In this document: positions 49,415-62,759 of the stretch, one piece after another | Layout: every line of letters begins with the position of its first letter | How positions within the stretch are numbered: the stretch's first letter is position 1 | Assembly (NCBI GenBank): GCA_036172245.1 | Contig: JAYWIR010000001.1 | Coordinates: 12,090,001-12,154,000 of the forward strand | Source of the DNA: Raillietiella orientalis | Lineage: Eukaryota | Length of the DNA stretch: 64,000 nt | Direction of reading: 5' to 3' | Program-made: the position numbers and the translations under genes | Notes under the pieces: model-generated | Told to the model about the DNA's origin: nothing | Database searches by the model: none | Seen by the model: the letters and a program-made list of their open reading frames with translations, nothing else

Positions 49415-52400
49415 TTTTGGTGATTAGAAATAGTTTTCAATTGCGTCCATACCACCATTGCAATCCATAGGAGCACCCCTTCGATTAACTTTACACGGGA
49501 ATGCTAATGCACATTTATCACATCCACACTGCATACGAAAACCTTGGAGCCAGAGAAAACATTACAAGAGGAACAAACTTATTTAGGGAGGGTCACATTG
49601 GTGTTTCTCCTGTTTTCATGGCAACCATTTTTGCAATAGAGAGATAAAGATTTTGTTTTCTCCCTATTCCTTTTCTAGTCCAAATTCGCAAGGATTGATG
49701 ATTGTAAATGATTTTCCATTATGTCCACTCGATCATTATGCTCCTTCCGAGCTTCAACAGGGATCAATTAGCACAGGGATGGAAATACACTGTCATCACA
49801 TCCCCACGGCATCAGAATGCCTTGCAACACGAGAGGAAATTACAAGAGAAATGAACTTATTTTAGGGCTGGAGCATTGGAATTTAACCTGTTTTCATGGC
49901 AACCATTTTTGCAATAAAGGGAAAAAGATTTCCTCCTCTCCCAATTCCTTTACCAGTCCAAATTAGCCGAGTTTGATAATTGTATACCATTTTTCATTCT
50001 GTGGAGTGTATCATCGTTCTACTTTCGAGCTCCATCCCGGAACAATTATCACGAAGATGAGAAGACACTGTCATCACATTACCACTTCATCCGAATGCTT
50101 AGCAACACGAGAGGAAATTACAAGAGAAACGAACTTATTTCTCGACTGGAGCATTGGTATTTATCCAGTTTTCATGGATAGCATTTTTGGAATAAAGAGA
50201 TGAAGATTTCCTCCTCTCCCAATTCCTTTTCAAGTCCAAATTAGAAAAGTTTGATAATTGTATACCACTTTTCATTCTGTGGATTCCATGATTGTGCTCC
50301 TTTCGAGTTACATCGCGGAACAATTCTCACGGGGATGAGAATACACTGTGATAACATCCCCACTGCATCCGCATGCTTTGCAGCACGAGAAGAAATTAAG
50401 AGAGAAATGAACTTGTTTCAGGACTGGAGCATTGGTATTTAACCTGTTTTCATGGCAACAATTTTTGCAATAAAGGGAAAGAGATTTTCTGCTCTCCCAA
50501 TTCCTTTACCAGTCCAAATTTGTAGAGTTTTATGATGGTATACGTTTTTCAATTATGTGGAGTGCTTCATTGTCCTCCTTTTGAGCTTCATCAGGGATCA
50601 ATTATCACGGGGATACAAATGCACTGTGATCACATCCCCACTGCATCCGAATGCGTTGCAGCACGAGAAGAAATTACAAGAGAATTGAACTTTTTTCAGG
50701 ACTGGAGCATTGGTATTTAACCTGTTTTCATGGCAACCATTTTTGCAATAAAGAGATGAAGATTTGCTGCACTCTTAATTCCTTTACCTGTCCAAATAAA
50801 AAGAGTTTGATGATTGTATAGCATTTTCCATTATGTGGATTCCATCATTGTGCTCCTACCGAGCTTCATCGCCGAACAATTATCACGGGGATATGAATAC
50901 ACTGCCATCACATCCCCACTGCATCCGAATGCGTTGCAGCACTAGAAGAAATTACAAGAGAAATGAACTTGTTGCAGGACTGGAGCATTGGTATTTAACC
51001 TGTTTTCATGGCAACCATTTTTGCAATAAAGGCAAAAAGATTTCTTTCTCTCCCAATTCCTCAACTAGTTCAAATTATCCGATTTTGATGATTGTATACC
51101 ATTTTACATTATGTGAATTCGATGACTGTGCTCCTTTCGAGCTTCCTCAGGGATCAATTATCACGGGGATGCAAATGCACTGTGATCACATCAACACTGC
51201 ATCCGAATGCGTTGCAGCACTAGAAGAAATTACAAGAGAAATGAATTTGTTTCAGGACTGGAGCATTGGTATTTAACCTGTTTTCACGGCAACCATTGTT
51301 GCAATAAAGGGAAAGAGATTTTCTGCTCTCCCAATTCCTTTACCAGTCCAAATTTGTAGAGTTTTATGATGGTATACGTTTTTCAATTATGTGGAGTGCT
51401 TCATTGTCCTCCTTTTGAGCTTCATCAGGGATCAATTATCACGGGGATGCAAATGCACTGTGATCACATCCCCACTTCATCCGAATGCCTAGCAGCACGA
51501 GAAGAAATTACAAGAGAAATGAACTTTTTTCAGGACTGGAGCATTGTAATTTAACCTGTTTTCATGGCAACCATTTTTGCAATAAAGGGAAAAATATTTC
51601 CTCCTCTCTTAATTCCTTTACCAGTCCAAATTAGCCGAGTTTGATAATTGTACACCATTTTTCATTATGTGGATTCTATGTTTGTGCTAATTCCGAGCTT
51701 CATCAGGGATCAATTATCACGGGGATGCAAATGCACTGTGATCACATCCCCACTGCATCCGATTGCCTTGCAGCACGAGAAGAAATTACAAGAGAAATGA
51801 ACTTGTTTCAGGACTGGTGCATTGGTATTTAACCTGTTTTCATGGCAACCATTTTTGCAATAAAGAGATGAAGATTTAATCGTCTCCCAATTCCTTTACC
51901 AGTCCAAATTAGAAGAGATTGATGATTGTATGGCATTTTCCATTATGTGGATTCGATGACTGTGCTCCTTCCGAGCTTCATCAGGGATCAATTAGCACAG
52001 GGATGCAAATGCGCTGTGATCAGATTTCCAGTGCATCCGAATGCGTTGCATCACGAGAAGAAATTAAGACAGAAATGAACTTGTTTCAGGACTGGAGCAT
52101 TGGAATTAAACCTGTTTTCATGGCAACCATTTTTGCAATAAAGGGAAAAAGATTTCCTCCTCTCCTAAGTCGTTTACCAGTCCAAATTAGGCGAGTTTCA
52201 TAATTGTATAACATTTTTCATTATGTCGATTCTACGATTGTGCTCCTTCCGAGCTTCATCAGGGATCAATTAGCACAGGGATGCAAATGCGCTGTGATCA
52301 GATTTCCAGTGCATCCGAATGCGTTGCAGCACGAGAAGAAATTACAAGAGAAATGAACTTGTTTCAGGACTGGAGCCTTGGTATTTCACCTGTTTTCATG

Positions 52401-55400
52401 GCAACCATGTTTGCAGTAAAGGGAAAAAGATTTCCTCCTCTCCCAATTCCTTTACTGGTCCAAATTTGAAAAGTTTTATGATGGTATACGTTTTTCCATT
52501 ATGTGGAGTGCTTCATTGTCCTCCTTTTGAGCTTCTTCAGGGATCAATTATCACGGGGATGCAAATGCACTGTGATCACATCCCCACTGCATCCGAATGC
52601 GTTTCAGCACGAGAAGAAATTACAAGAGAATTGAACTTTTTTCAGGACTGGAGCATTGGTATTTAACCTGTTTTCATGGCAACCATTTTTGCAATAAAGA
52701 GATGAAGATTTGCTGCTCTCTTAATTTTTTTACCTGTCCAAATAAAAAGAGTTTGATGATTGTATAGCATTTTCCATTATGTGGATTCCATCATTGTGCT
52801 CCAGCCGAGCTTCATCAGGCATCAATTAGCACAGGGATGCAAATACGCTGTGATCAGATTTCCAGTGCATCCGAATGCGTTGCAGCACGAGAAGAAATTA
52901 AGAGAGAAATGAACTTGTTTCAGGACTGGAGCATTGGAATTTAACCTGTTTTCATGGCAAACATTTTTGCAATAAAGGGAAAAATATTTCCTCCTCTCTT
53001 AATTCCTTTAACAGTCCAAATTAGCCGAGTTTGATAATTGTACACCATTTTTCATTATGTGGATTCTATGTTTGTGCTAATTCCGAGCTTCATCAGGGAT
53101 CAATTATCACGGGGATGCAAATGCACTGTGATCACATCCCCACTGCATCCGATTGCCTTGCAGCACGAGAAGAAATTACAAGAGAAATGAACTTGTTTCA
53201 GGACTGGTGCATTGGTATTTAACCTGTTTTCATGGCAACCATTTTTGCAATAAAGAGATGAAGATTTCCTCCTCTCCCAATTCCTTTACCAGTCCAAATT
53301 AGAAGAGATTGATGATTGTATACCATTTTTCATTATGTGGATTCTATGACTGTGCTCCTTCCGAGCTTCATCAGGGATCAATTAGCACAGGGATGCAAAT
53401 GTGCTGTGATCAGATTTCCAGTGCATCCGAATGCGTTGCAGCACGAGAAGAAATTAAGAGAGAAATGAACTTGTTTCAGGACTGGAGCATTGGAATTTAA
53501 CCTGTTTTCATGGCAAACATTTTTGCAATAAAGGGAAAAATATTTCCTCCTCTCTTAATTCCTTTACCAGTCCAAATTAGCCGAGTTTGATAATTGTACA
53601 CCATTTTTCATTATGTGGATTCTATGTTTGTGCTAATTCCGAGCTTCATCAGGGATCAATTATCACGGGGATGCAAATGCACTGTGATCACATCCCCACT
53701 GCATCCGATTGCCTTGCAGCACGAGAAGAAATTACAAGAGAAATGAACTTGTTTCAGGACTGGTGCATTGGTATTTAACCTGTTTTCATGGCAACCATTT
53801 TTGCAATAAAGAGATGAAGATTTAATCGTCTCCCAATTGCTTTACCAGTCCAGATTAGAAGAGATTGATGATTGTATGGCATTTTCCATTATGTGGATTC
53901 GATGACTGTGCTCCTTCCGAGCTTCATCAGGGATCAATTAGCACAGGGATGCAAATGCGCTGTGATCAGATTTCCAGTGCATCCGAATGCGTTGCATCAC
54001 GAGAAGAAATTAAGAGAGAAATGAACTTGTTTCAGGACTGGAGCATTGGAATTTAACCTGTTTTCATGGCAACCATTTTTGCAATAAAGAGATGAAGATT
54101 TAATCGTCTCCCAATTCCTTTACCGGTCCAGATTAGAAGAGATTGATGATTGTATGGCATTTTCCATTATGTGGATTCGATGACTGTGCTCCTTCTGAGC
54201 TTCATCAGGGATCAATTAGCACAGGGATGCAAATGCGCTGTGATCAGATTTCCAGTGCATCCGAATGCGTTGCATCACGAGAAGAAATTAAGACAGAAAT
54301 GAACTTGTTTCAGGACTGGAGCATTGGAATTAAACCTGTTTTCATGGCAACCATTTTTGCAATAAAGGGAAAAAGATTTCCTCCTCTCCTAAGTCGTTTA
54401 CCAGTCCAAATTAGGCGAGTTTCATAATTGTATAACATTTTTCATTATGTCGATTCTACGATTGTGCTCCTTCCGAGCTTCATCAGGGATCAATTAGCAC
54501 AGGGATGCAAATACGCTGTGATCAGATTTCCAGTGCATCTGAATGCGTTGCAGCACGAGAAGAAATTAAGAGAGAAATGAACTTGTTTCAGGACTGGAGC
54601 ATTGGAATTTAACCTGTTTTCATGGCAAACATTTTTGCAATAAAGGGAAAAATATTTCCTCCTCTCTTAATTCCTTTACCAGTCCAAATTAGCCGAGTTT
54701 GATAATTGTACACCATTTTTCATTATGTGGATTCTATGTTTGTGCTAATTCCGAGCTTCATCAGGGATCAATTATCACGGGGATGCAAATGCACTGTGAT
54801 CACATCCCCACTGCATCCGATTGCCTTGCAGCACGAGAAGAAATTACAAGAGAAATGAACTTGTTTCAGGACTGGTGCATTGGTATTTAACCTGTTTTCA
54901 TGGCAACCATTTTTGCAATAAAGAGATGAAGATTTCCTCGTCTCCCAATTCCTTTAACAGTCCAAATTAGAAGAGATTGATGATTGTATGGCATTTTCCA
55001 TTATGTGGATTCGATGACTGTGCTCCTTCCGAGCTTCATCAGGGATCAATTAGCACAGGGATGCAAATGTGCTGTGATCAGATTTCCAGTGCATCCGAAT
55101 GCGTTGCAGCACGAGAAGAAATTAAGAGAGAAATGAACTTGTTTCAGGACTGGAGCATTGGAATTTAACCTGTTTTCATGGCAAACATTTTTGCAATAAA
55201 GGGAAAAATATTTCCTCCTCTCTTAATTCCTTTACCAGTCCAAATTAGCCGAGTTTGATAATTGTACACCATTTTTCATTATGTGGATTCTATGTTTGTG
55301 CTAATTCCGAGCTTCATCAGGGATCAATTATCACGGGGATGCAAATGCACTGTGATCACATCCCCACTGCATCCGATTGCCTTGCAGCACGAGAAGAAAT

Positions 55401-57868
55401 TACAAGAGAAATGAACTTGTTTCAGGACTGGTGCATTGGTATTTAACCTGTTTTCATGGCAACCATTTTTGCAATAAAGAGATGAAGATTTAATCGTCTC
55501 CCAATTGCTTTACCAGTCCAGATTAGAAGAGATTGATGATTGTATGGCATTTTCCATTATGTGGATTCGATGACTGTGCTCCTTCCGAGCTTCATCAGGG
55601 ATCAATTAGCACAGGGATGCAAATGCGCTGTGATCAGATTTCCAGTGCATCCGAATGCGTTGCATCACGAGAAGAAATTAAGAGAGAAATGAACTTGTTT
55701 CAGGACTGGAGCATTGGAATTTAACCTGTTTTCATGGCAACCATTTTTGCAATAAAGAGATGAAGATTTAATCGTCTCCCAATTCCTTTACCAGTCCAGA
55801 TTAGAAGAGATTGATGATTGTATGGCATTTTCCATTATGTGGATTCGATGACTGTGCTCCTTCCGAGCTTCATCAGGGATCAATTAGCACAGGGATGCAA
55901 ATGCGCTGTGATCAGATTTCCAGTGCATCCGAATGCGTTGCATCACGAGAAGAAATTAAGAGAGAAATGAACTTGTTTCAGGACTGGAGCATTGGAATTT
56001 AACCGGTTTTCATGGCAACCATTTTTGCAATAAAGTGAAAAATATTTCCTCCTCTCTTAATTCCTTTACCAGTCCAAATTAGCCGAGTTTGATAATTGTA
56101 CACCATTTTTCATTATGTGGATTCTATGTTTGTGCTAATTCCGAGCTTCATCAGGGATCAATTATCACGGAAGTGCAAATGCACTGTGATCACATCCCCA
56201 CTGCATCCGATTGCCTTGCAGCACGAGAAGAAATTACAAGAGAAATGAACTTGTTTCAGGACTGGTGCATTGGTATTTAAGCTGCTTTCATGGCAACCAT
56301 TTTTGCAATAAAGAGATGAGATTTGCTGCTCTCTTAATTTTTTTACCTGTCCAAATAAAAAGAGTTTGATGATTGTATAGCATTTTCCATTATGTGGATT
56401 CCATCATTGTGCTCCTTCCGAGCTTCATCAGGGATCAATTAGCACAGGGATGGAAATGCGCTGTGATCAGATTTCCAGTGCATCCGAATGCGTTGCAGCA
56501 CGAGAAGAAATTAAGACAGAAAGGAACTTGTTTCAGGACTGGAGCATTGGAATTAAACCAATTTTCATGGTAACCATTTTTGGAATAAAGAGATGAAGAT
56601 TTCCACCTCTCCCAAGTCGTTTAACAGTCCAAATTAGCCGAGTTTGATAATTGTATACCATTTTTCGTTATGTGGATTCTATGATTGTGCTCCTTCCGAG
56701 CGTCATCAGGGATCAATTAGCACAGGGATGGAAATGCGCTGTGATCAGATTTCCATTGCATGGGAATGCGTTGCAGCACGAGAAGAAATCCAGACAGAGA
56801 TGAACTTGTTTCAGGACTGGAGCATTGGAATTTAACCTTTTTTTATGGCAACCATTTTTGGAATAAAGAGATGAAGATTTCCAGCTCTCCCAATTCCTTT
56901 ACCAGTCCAAATTAGCCGAGTTTGATAATTGTACACCATTTTTCATTATGTGGATTCTATGTTTGTGCTAATTCCGAGCTTCATCAGGGATCAATTATCA
57001 CGGGGATGCAAATGCACTGTGATCACATCCCCACTGCATCCGATTGCCTTGCAGCACGAGAAGAAATTACAAGAGAAATGAACTTGTTTCAGGACTGGTG
57101 CATTGGTATTTAACCTGTTTTCATGGCAACCATTTTTGCAATAAAGAGATGAAGATTTAATCGTCTCCCAATTGCTTTACCAGTCCAGATTAGAAGAGAT
57201 TGATGATTGTATGGCATTTTCCATTATGTGGATTCGATGACTGTGCTCCTTCCGAGCTTCATCAGGGATCAATTAGCACAGGGATGCAAATGCGCTGTGA
57301 TCAGATTTCCAGTGCATGGGAATGCGTTGCATCCCGAGAAGAAATTAAGAGAGAAATGAACTTGTTTCAGGACTGGAGCATTGGAATTTAACCTGTTTTC
57401 ATGGCAACCATTTTTGCAATAAAGAGATGAAGATTTAATCGTCTCCCAATTCCTTTACCAGTCCAGATTAGAAGAGATTGATGATTGTATGGCATTTTCC
57501 ATTATTTGGATTCGATGACTGTGCTCCTTCCGAGCTTCATCAGGGATCAATTAGCACAGGGATGCAAATGCGCTGTGATCAGATTTCCAGTGCATCCGAA
57601 TGCGTTGCAGCACGAGAAGAAATTAAGAGAGAAATGTACTTGTTTCAGGACTGTAGCATTGGTATTTAACCTGTTTTCATGGCAACCACTCTTGCAATAA
57701 GGAGATGAAGATTTCCTCCTCTCCCAATTCCTTTACCTGTCCAAATAAAAAGAGTTTGGTGATTGTATAGCATTTTCCATTATGTGGATTCCATCATTGT
57801 GCTCCTTTCGAGCTTCATCGCGGAACAATTATTACGGGGATGAGAATACACTGTCATCACATCCCTCC
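49415..57868. repeat. 278-bp tandem satellite array, about 30.4 monomers
   Basis: Equivalent positions recur every 278 nt (49973, 50251 ... 51641, 51919 ... 57200, 57478); one 1-bp deletion near 56318; the first two monomers are degenerate. Confidence 0.98.
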
Positions 57869-58956
57869 GGCGTACAAAGAGTTCTCCGCTTCTAAACTAA
57901 TTACCTGTGATGATTTCTTTTCCTGTATATTTTGTGTTTACTTTTATAGGTTTTTTGGCCGACTAGTTGTATTGTTAATTAATGGCTATGATTCTCTGAA
58001 TTTCTTTCATTATCCCTGTTTTTTTTCTTTTTTCATTATGATTCTTTATTTTTTCATTACTGTGTTGAAAACACTTCGAGGAACATTATTTTTTGAAACC
58101 AACATGTCATCAATAAATTCTACAAAACATGCACGAATTAGTGGTTCCGTGTCAACTACAGGTCGCTTGTGTAAACATGATGATGATTTGATTCAGAGCA
58201 TACGAAGTATAGTTTGGAAAGATTTTCAGCTTTTGAATTGAATTTCGCACCAATTTCTTAGCTGAGTAGTGTAAGTTCTCTTTTTTATTGCGATATAAGT
58301 TTTTTAAGAGAATTAGGTTTTTCTTGAATTTTGATGCAAGGCATCTTTCGAGTATTACTTGAGTAGACTTTTTCGCTTGAACAATACGCAACATGCGTTG
58401 GTAGCACTGTTCCCTATCTTCTACGTTCATGCACAAATTCAAAAAGTGATCAGGTTGGTCAGTGGACCATTGAATTCCTTGTATTCCTTGATTAATGTTG
58501 CAAGGTAGGCGGTTGATGCAATTGTCGCACAGTGTATGGCATACGAATCAGCGTCGTTTGAAAGTGTTTAACAGTTTGAAAAGAGCTTTAGGATTTGAAA
58601 GTTTCGTTGTTGCATGAAATGAAAATCAGGGAAACGCAGAGTACTAAACTAAGCATGTGCCTGGTGCTATAGTTATTTCGTTGTATGTACATGGTGACCT
58701 TTGGAAACGATTTGGGAATTCATGTTCTTTAAGGAATTACCCCGTAGTTCAGTGATTAGCCTTGTATGGATTCGGATAGAGAATTTTGCTAAGGCGTAGC
58801 CCTTCTCCAGGGGTGAAAGGCTTCCATTAATACCTTTGAATTATTGTGTGAGTTTATGCAAACAAGCTACCCATGTTTAACACCGAGCTATTAATATCTA
58901 TGTGTCTTTCGTACTTTGTAGGATTTATGGATGCCGTTTTTTTAAAAATGGTAAAT

Positions 58957-60100
58957 ATGCCTTTGTATATAGAAAACGTAATTCATGATGACAATAATAT
59001 TTTGAAAGTGAAACTAGATAATGTTAAAAATGTGATTACTTTGTTGAAAGCCGTGAATTTTAGAGAGGTATGCAGTTGTTTTTTATAGTTCCATTTTAAG
59101 CAATTCCCTACTTTGAAAATATTATATGACAGAATCCAAATTCTGAAAAGTATGGAAAGTTCATCAGAACTGACTTGATTTTTTGAAATATTGTTTTAAA
59201 ACATGAAAGACATGAAGTGTGTCAATTAAAATGACGTCTTTCTAGTCATAATGGAAGTCATAATGGTTTAAAAGTATCTGTTGAACATTCAAAATGTGTG
59301 CAAGCAAATGCATTGATTCAGGCCGAAATTTTCAGAGAATTTATTTTGAAGGAAGAAGTTGTATCTCTGACATGAAATCTTTCGGTTTTACTTGTTTGTT
59401 TGAATATTTTTGGAGGTTTCAACTCTTCTGGTAGTTATCCAACATTATGTATGTGTTATGCTGGATACGGCCACCCACTTCTTATTATGTAAAATAATCA
59501 GACCACTATGCAAAACATATATGGTTTTAGGTTAGAGGAAGGAGGAGTATTAACAGATTGCAGCATTAACACTTTATATCCTGAAGAATTTGCTGATTTC
59601 AATTTTGAGCCTAACAACATGCATGCCAAAATCATTATGAAAGCTGACTGCTTGAAAGAAGTGTTTTCAGATTTTGATTTAGGCAGTGAAACTGTGCACA
59701 TTTCAGTTACAGGAAGAACTTTAAGATTCACTACATCTAGCACTTCCAACTAGAGCTGTGTATGTTCAGTTGGCATCAATGTTAACAACTATATGACTAT
59801 TTGTTGCAACAGACAGAAATACCTGAAGATTCTGATGCTTTGGAAACTTTTCCGTTTTTTTCTCCTGTTTCATACAGATTCAAGCTATCTTTTCTAAAAC
59901 TTTCAGCCAAGCCTCTTTCCCTTTCACAGAAAGTATCTTTACGTATAGATTTACAAGGATTGTTATGCTTGCAGTACATGATTCACACAGAAGAAGATCA
60001 GCGCTGCTTTGTAGAGTTTCTGGTAAGTGATTTGACTTGGCTTCTGGTGTCTTGCATGCTGTGTTAGTGTTGCCCAGATGTGCAAAATTCCTCACAGTGA
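58957..60100 (+). pseudogene. rad1: Cell-cycle checkpoint protein Rad1 (9-1-1 clamp subunit), intron-containing pseudogene
   Basis: Exons 58957-59067, ~59256-59488, 59531-59759, 59813-60022, 60068-60100 encode MPL...LDNVKNVITLLKAVNFRE, NGLKVSVEHSKCVQANALIQ, MCYAGYGHPL, LEEGGV, LQYMI...CFVEF, CCPD, matching animal Rad1 throughout. In-frame TGA 59373-59375 and TAG 59751-59753; exon 2 start disrupted. Confidence 0.9.
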
Positions 60101-61199
60101 GCTATCAAGTTCGATATATGATTCATGCAAGGTTTCACATACAATCTTTACTATTGCACTATTTATTGGTTTTTGTTGCAGTCTGATGCAAATGCTAAAA
60201 ATACAAATGCCAATTTTTGCAAACTTATCTTATGTAAAGCTCATATAGGAGGAAGAAAGATTTCCAAAGATAAACAACATACATTTATGGAGGAGAATCT
60301 GGAAATAATCGTGTGTGCGAAAAGGTTCACCAATGTGGTAGTGTTCGTTTTATATGTGTATTAGCAACCTCTGAGATTGTACTGTATGTAAAATCATGTT
60401 GCATCTTCACTTATAAAAAATAAAATTCTCAATTCTTAATGATGAGTTTTCCACATCTTGATTTGGTCAACATTTAGGTTGCACCTTTGGAGCTCACTGG
60501 TTCTGGAGGACAGTGTGTTATTTGAAGTTAACTGATTTCAGCATATTTGTTTCCAGGTAATGCGTTAACTAGTTGAGTACTGTTTTCAAATGTTAAAAGA
60601 ATTCTGATGAATACTGTCTTGCATTTCACAAAATGCAATACTTATAAAGAAATGAAATTTCATATCGCAGGGATCTTCATATACTCTAGAACATGTTTTG
60701 AGGTGAGTGGCTGTATTTCAAATTTCAAAGGTTGATTCGACTTTGCTCAAGCACTAAGTGACGCTTACTGTGAGTCATCAGCATAACTGCATCCCAATTA
60801 GACACTTGAAGCATTTCATTCTTTAATCACTTTCATATTTCTTAGTCCCCTAATTACGATTGTTTTCTTTCCACATCGGTATGGTAATGCTGTTCACTTT
60901 AATCAGTGATTGCCAGAAAAGAGTGTATTTACTTGTGTGTTACTGAATCATAATACAGTGTGTACTATGATTGGTGCCGACATGAATGCAGTAAATGCTT
61001 TTCCATTTTCTATTTTTCATGCATGTCTAAGGACCACATTTCGAAGGAGCTTAAGTTGGTTAGGAGCTAAAGCTTTGGAAATGAAACAACGAAATATAGA
61101 AGGGCATCGAGTCGGTAGAGGAGCATTTCTTAAGGGAAACGTGCCGAATTTCAGCGGAACTTTATGACACCATCAGTACAGAAAGCTTGAGGATCGTGG

Positions 61200-62700
61200 T
61201 AGATTCTAATGGGATTCTCAAAGTTGAGCTAATGCGGCAAAGTATGTCGTTTCTGCAAGTTAGCTTTTGTAACATTAAGTTTCCATCGAACCTAAGCAGA
61301 AAGTGTAGCTTGAAAATCCTTCAAAAGCTAGTCCGTATGATCCTGCACAGCATGCACATGATTTCCCTTGAACAAATAGCAATAGTGTGTCTTATAACAA
61401 TATCTGCTTGTTGAATCTTTTAGCACTCAGTGCTTTCAAGGTGCAGAAATGCTGAGTAATTCAGTTTTTCCCGGGTCTGACATACGATGGAGTGGATTTA
61501 TTAAAGCAAGAATTATTAATGATAACAATAAAAGAACAAAGTTCCATTTGGTACGTGCCCACAATGCTTCCCTCACTACATTTCACTGTTCCCATTTTGC
61601 AGTTGAGGGATTTCCATCTTCTCTAAAGGTTGCTGGGCGTCCGTCGCACTTGGTCATCAATCTTTTTCAATATGTTCAGGTGGGGAATGTGTTGCGGTTC
61701 CTACTATGTCTATTTCTTTCATAATTAGCCCTTGAAACAGTTTTTCACAATATCCATGGCTGCTGCTGTGCCTCTGCACACGAAAGCATCATTTTTATGT
61801 ATAACCCGCTTCAAAATTCCTCTTCGCCTGCTGAACTGGGCTGCTGTTCCGAATCCAGGGAGAAGACAAAGTTCACATCCTCCCACGTGCATGTGAAATC
61901 AACACACCGTACAGCTGCGCTGATTTCATTAGCCAATAAAGCCTATAGCCTTCGTTCCGAGGGCCTGAATGCACGGTTGCCGAGCTTTGGCACTGTGCAG
62001 CACACAGTCTCAAGCAATAGATATATCCGTTCTCAAGCACGTACGTTTGACAAGCGCAAGTCAGCTGTGTGAGATGACGTCTGGTGCATTCGAGCGGTAC
62101 TTCGCCGTACTTAAGAAGCATGTTCTGGTGATTCCCTACAGAGGAGATCATCAGCTCCCTGCGGACGATGTTCTCCAGAGAAATCAGAGGAGAATCAAGA
62201 GCGGACGATGGAAGTCCCCATACGGCGTCGTCATCGAACCATTCGAATATCCCCCTATGAGGTGAAGCAAAGGTACTTGAGTAACTAGCGGACATGAAGA
62301 AAAAAGAAAAGAAAAAGGAGAAAGAAAATGGAAACAAAGCAGCAAATAGGGGCAAGTTCCGAAGCACTCTCTACTTGTGTCCTGGGATGTTTTCAATCAG
62401 TCTGATCGTGCTCCAATTGCAACAGCGATCTAGCAAGATCATGGTTTACAGCCAGAAAGAGCCATATAGAATCTGCTTCACCCGCAGTTGAATTGTAGTT
62501 GGCCAGAAGATAGGAAGGTTCATCAAAACCAATGACGTAGGGGGAAAGTTTGTGCTTCGTCTTCTGCGCTGCTACCTCGTACGTTTCCTCACCTCTTTCC
62601 TTCCTCTTTGTTGCCTTGCCGTTAATGTGAGACGACACCAGAATGGGCATCTAAAACACTTCGCTTCAAGGATGTACAATACAGAACAAATATTAAGCAT
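61200..62700 (-). mobile_element. Decayed RTE-like RT remnant
   Basis: EWF...GLPSSALDSPLISLENIVR (cf. GxRQGxxLSPxLFxxxLE) in 61873-62367 with upstream RT echoes in 62393-62650. Confidence 0.5.
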
Positions 62701-62759
62701 CATCAATTTCTTCCTAGTAGCAGTCTGCAGCAGCGTTCCCCAGTCAGCACAGCAGCAAC

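Noticed and set aside
49653-57700. Repeated 63-aa Cys/His-rich ORFs as a tandem gene family
   Set aside because: Period 278 is not a multiple of 3, starts are mostly TTG, some units have stops; the GT...CAG pseudo-intron leaves 200- or 190-nt exons and the GT is absent in many units.
49415-57868. CRISPR array or tRNA/5S/snRNA cluster
   Set aside because: Whole monomer repeats with no unique spacers; no recognisable RNA gene; eukaryotic context.
58152-58442. 96-aa minus-strand ORF upstream of rad1 as a divergent gene
   Set aside because: No recognisable domain and no convincing splice structure or start.
59373-59753. Stop-codon reassignment or selenocysteine in rad1
   Set aside because: Two different stops (TGA at an aliphatic position, and TAG), each one change from a sense codon, plus an independent exon 2 lesion; TGA terminates both genes normally.
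60478-60525. Alternative last coding exon of rad1 (VAPLELTG...)
   Set aside because: 60068-60100 gives CCPD, matching the conserved Rad1 C-terminus.
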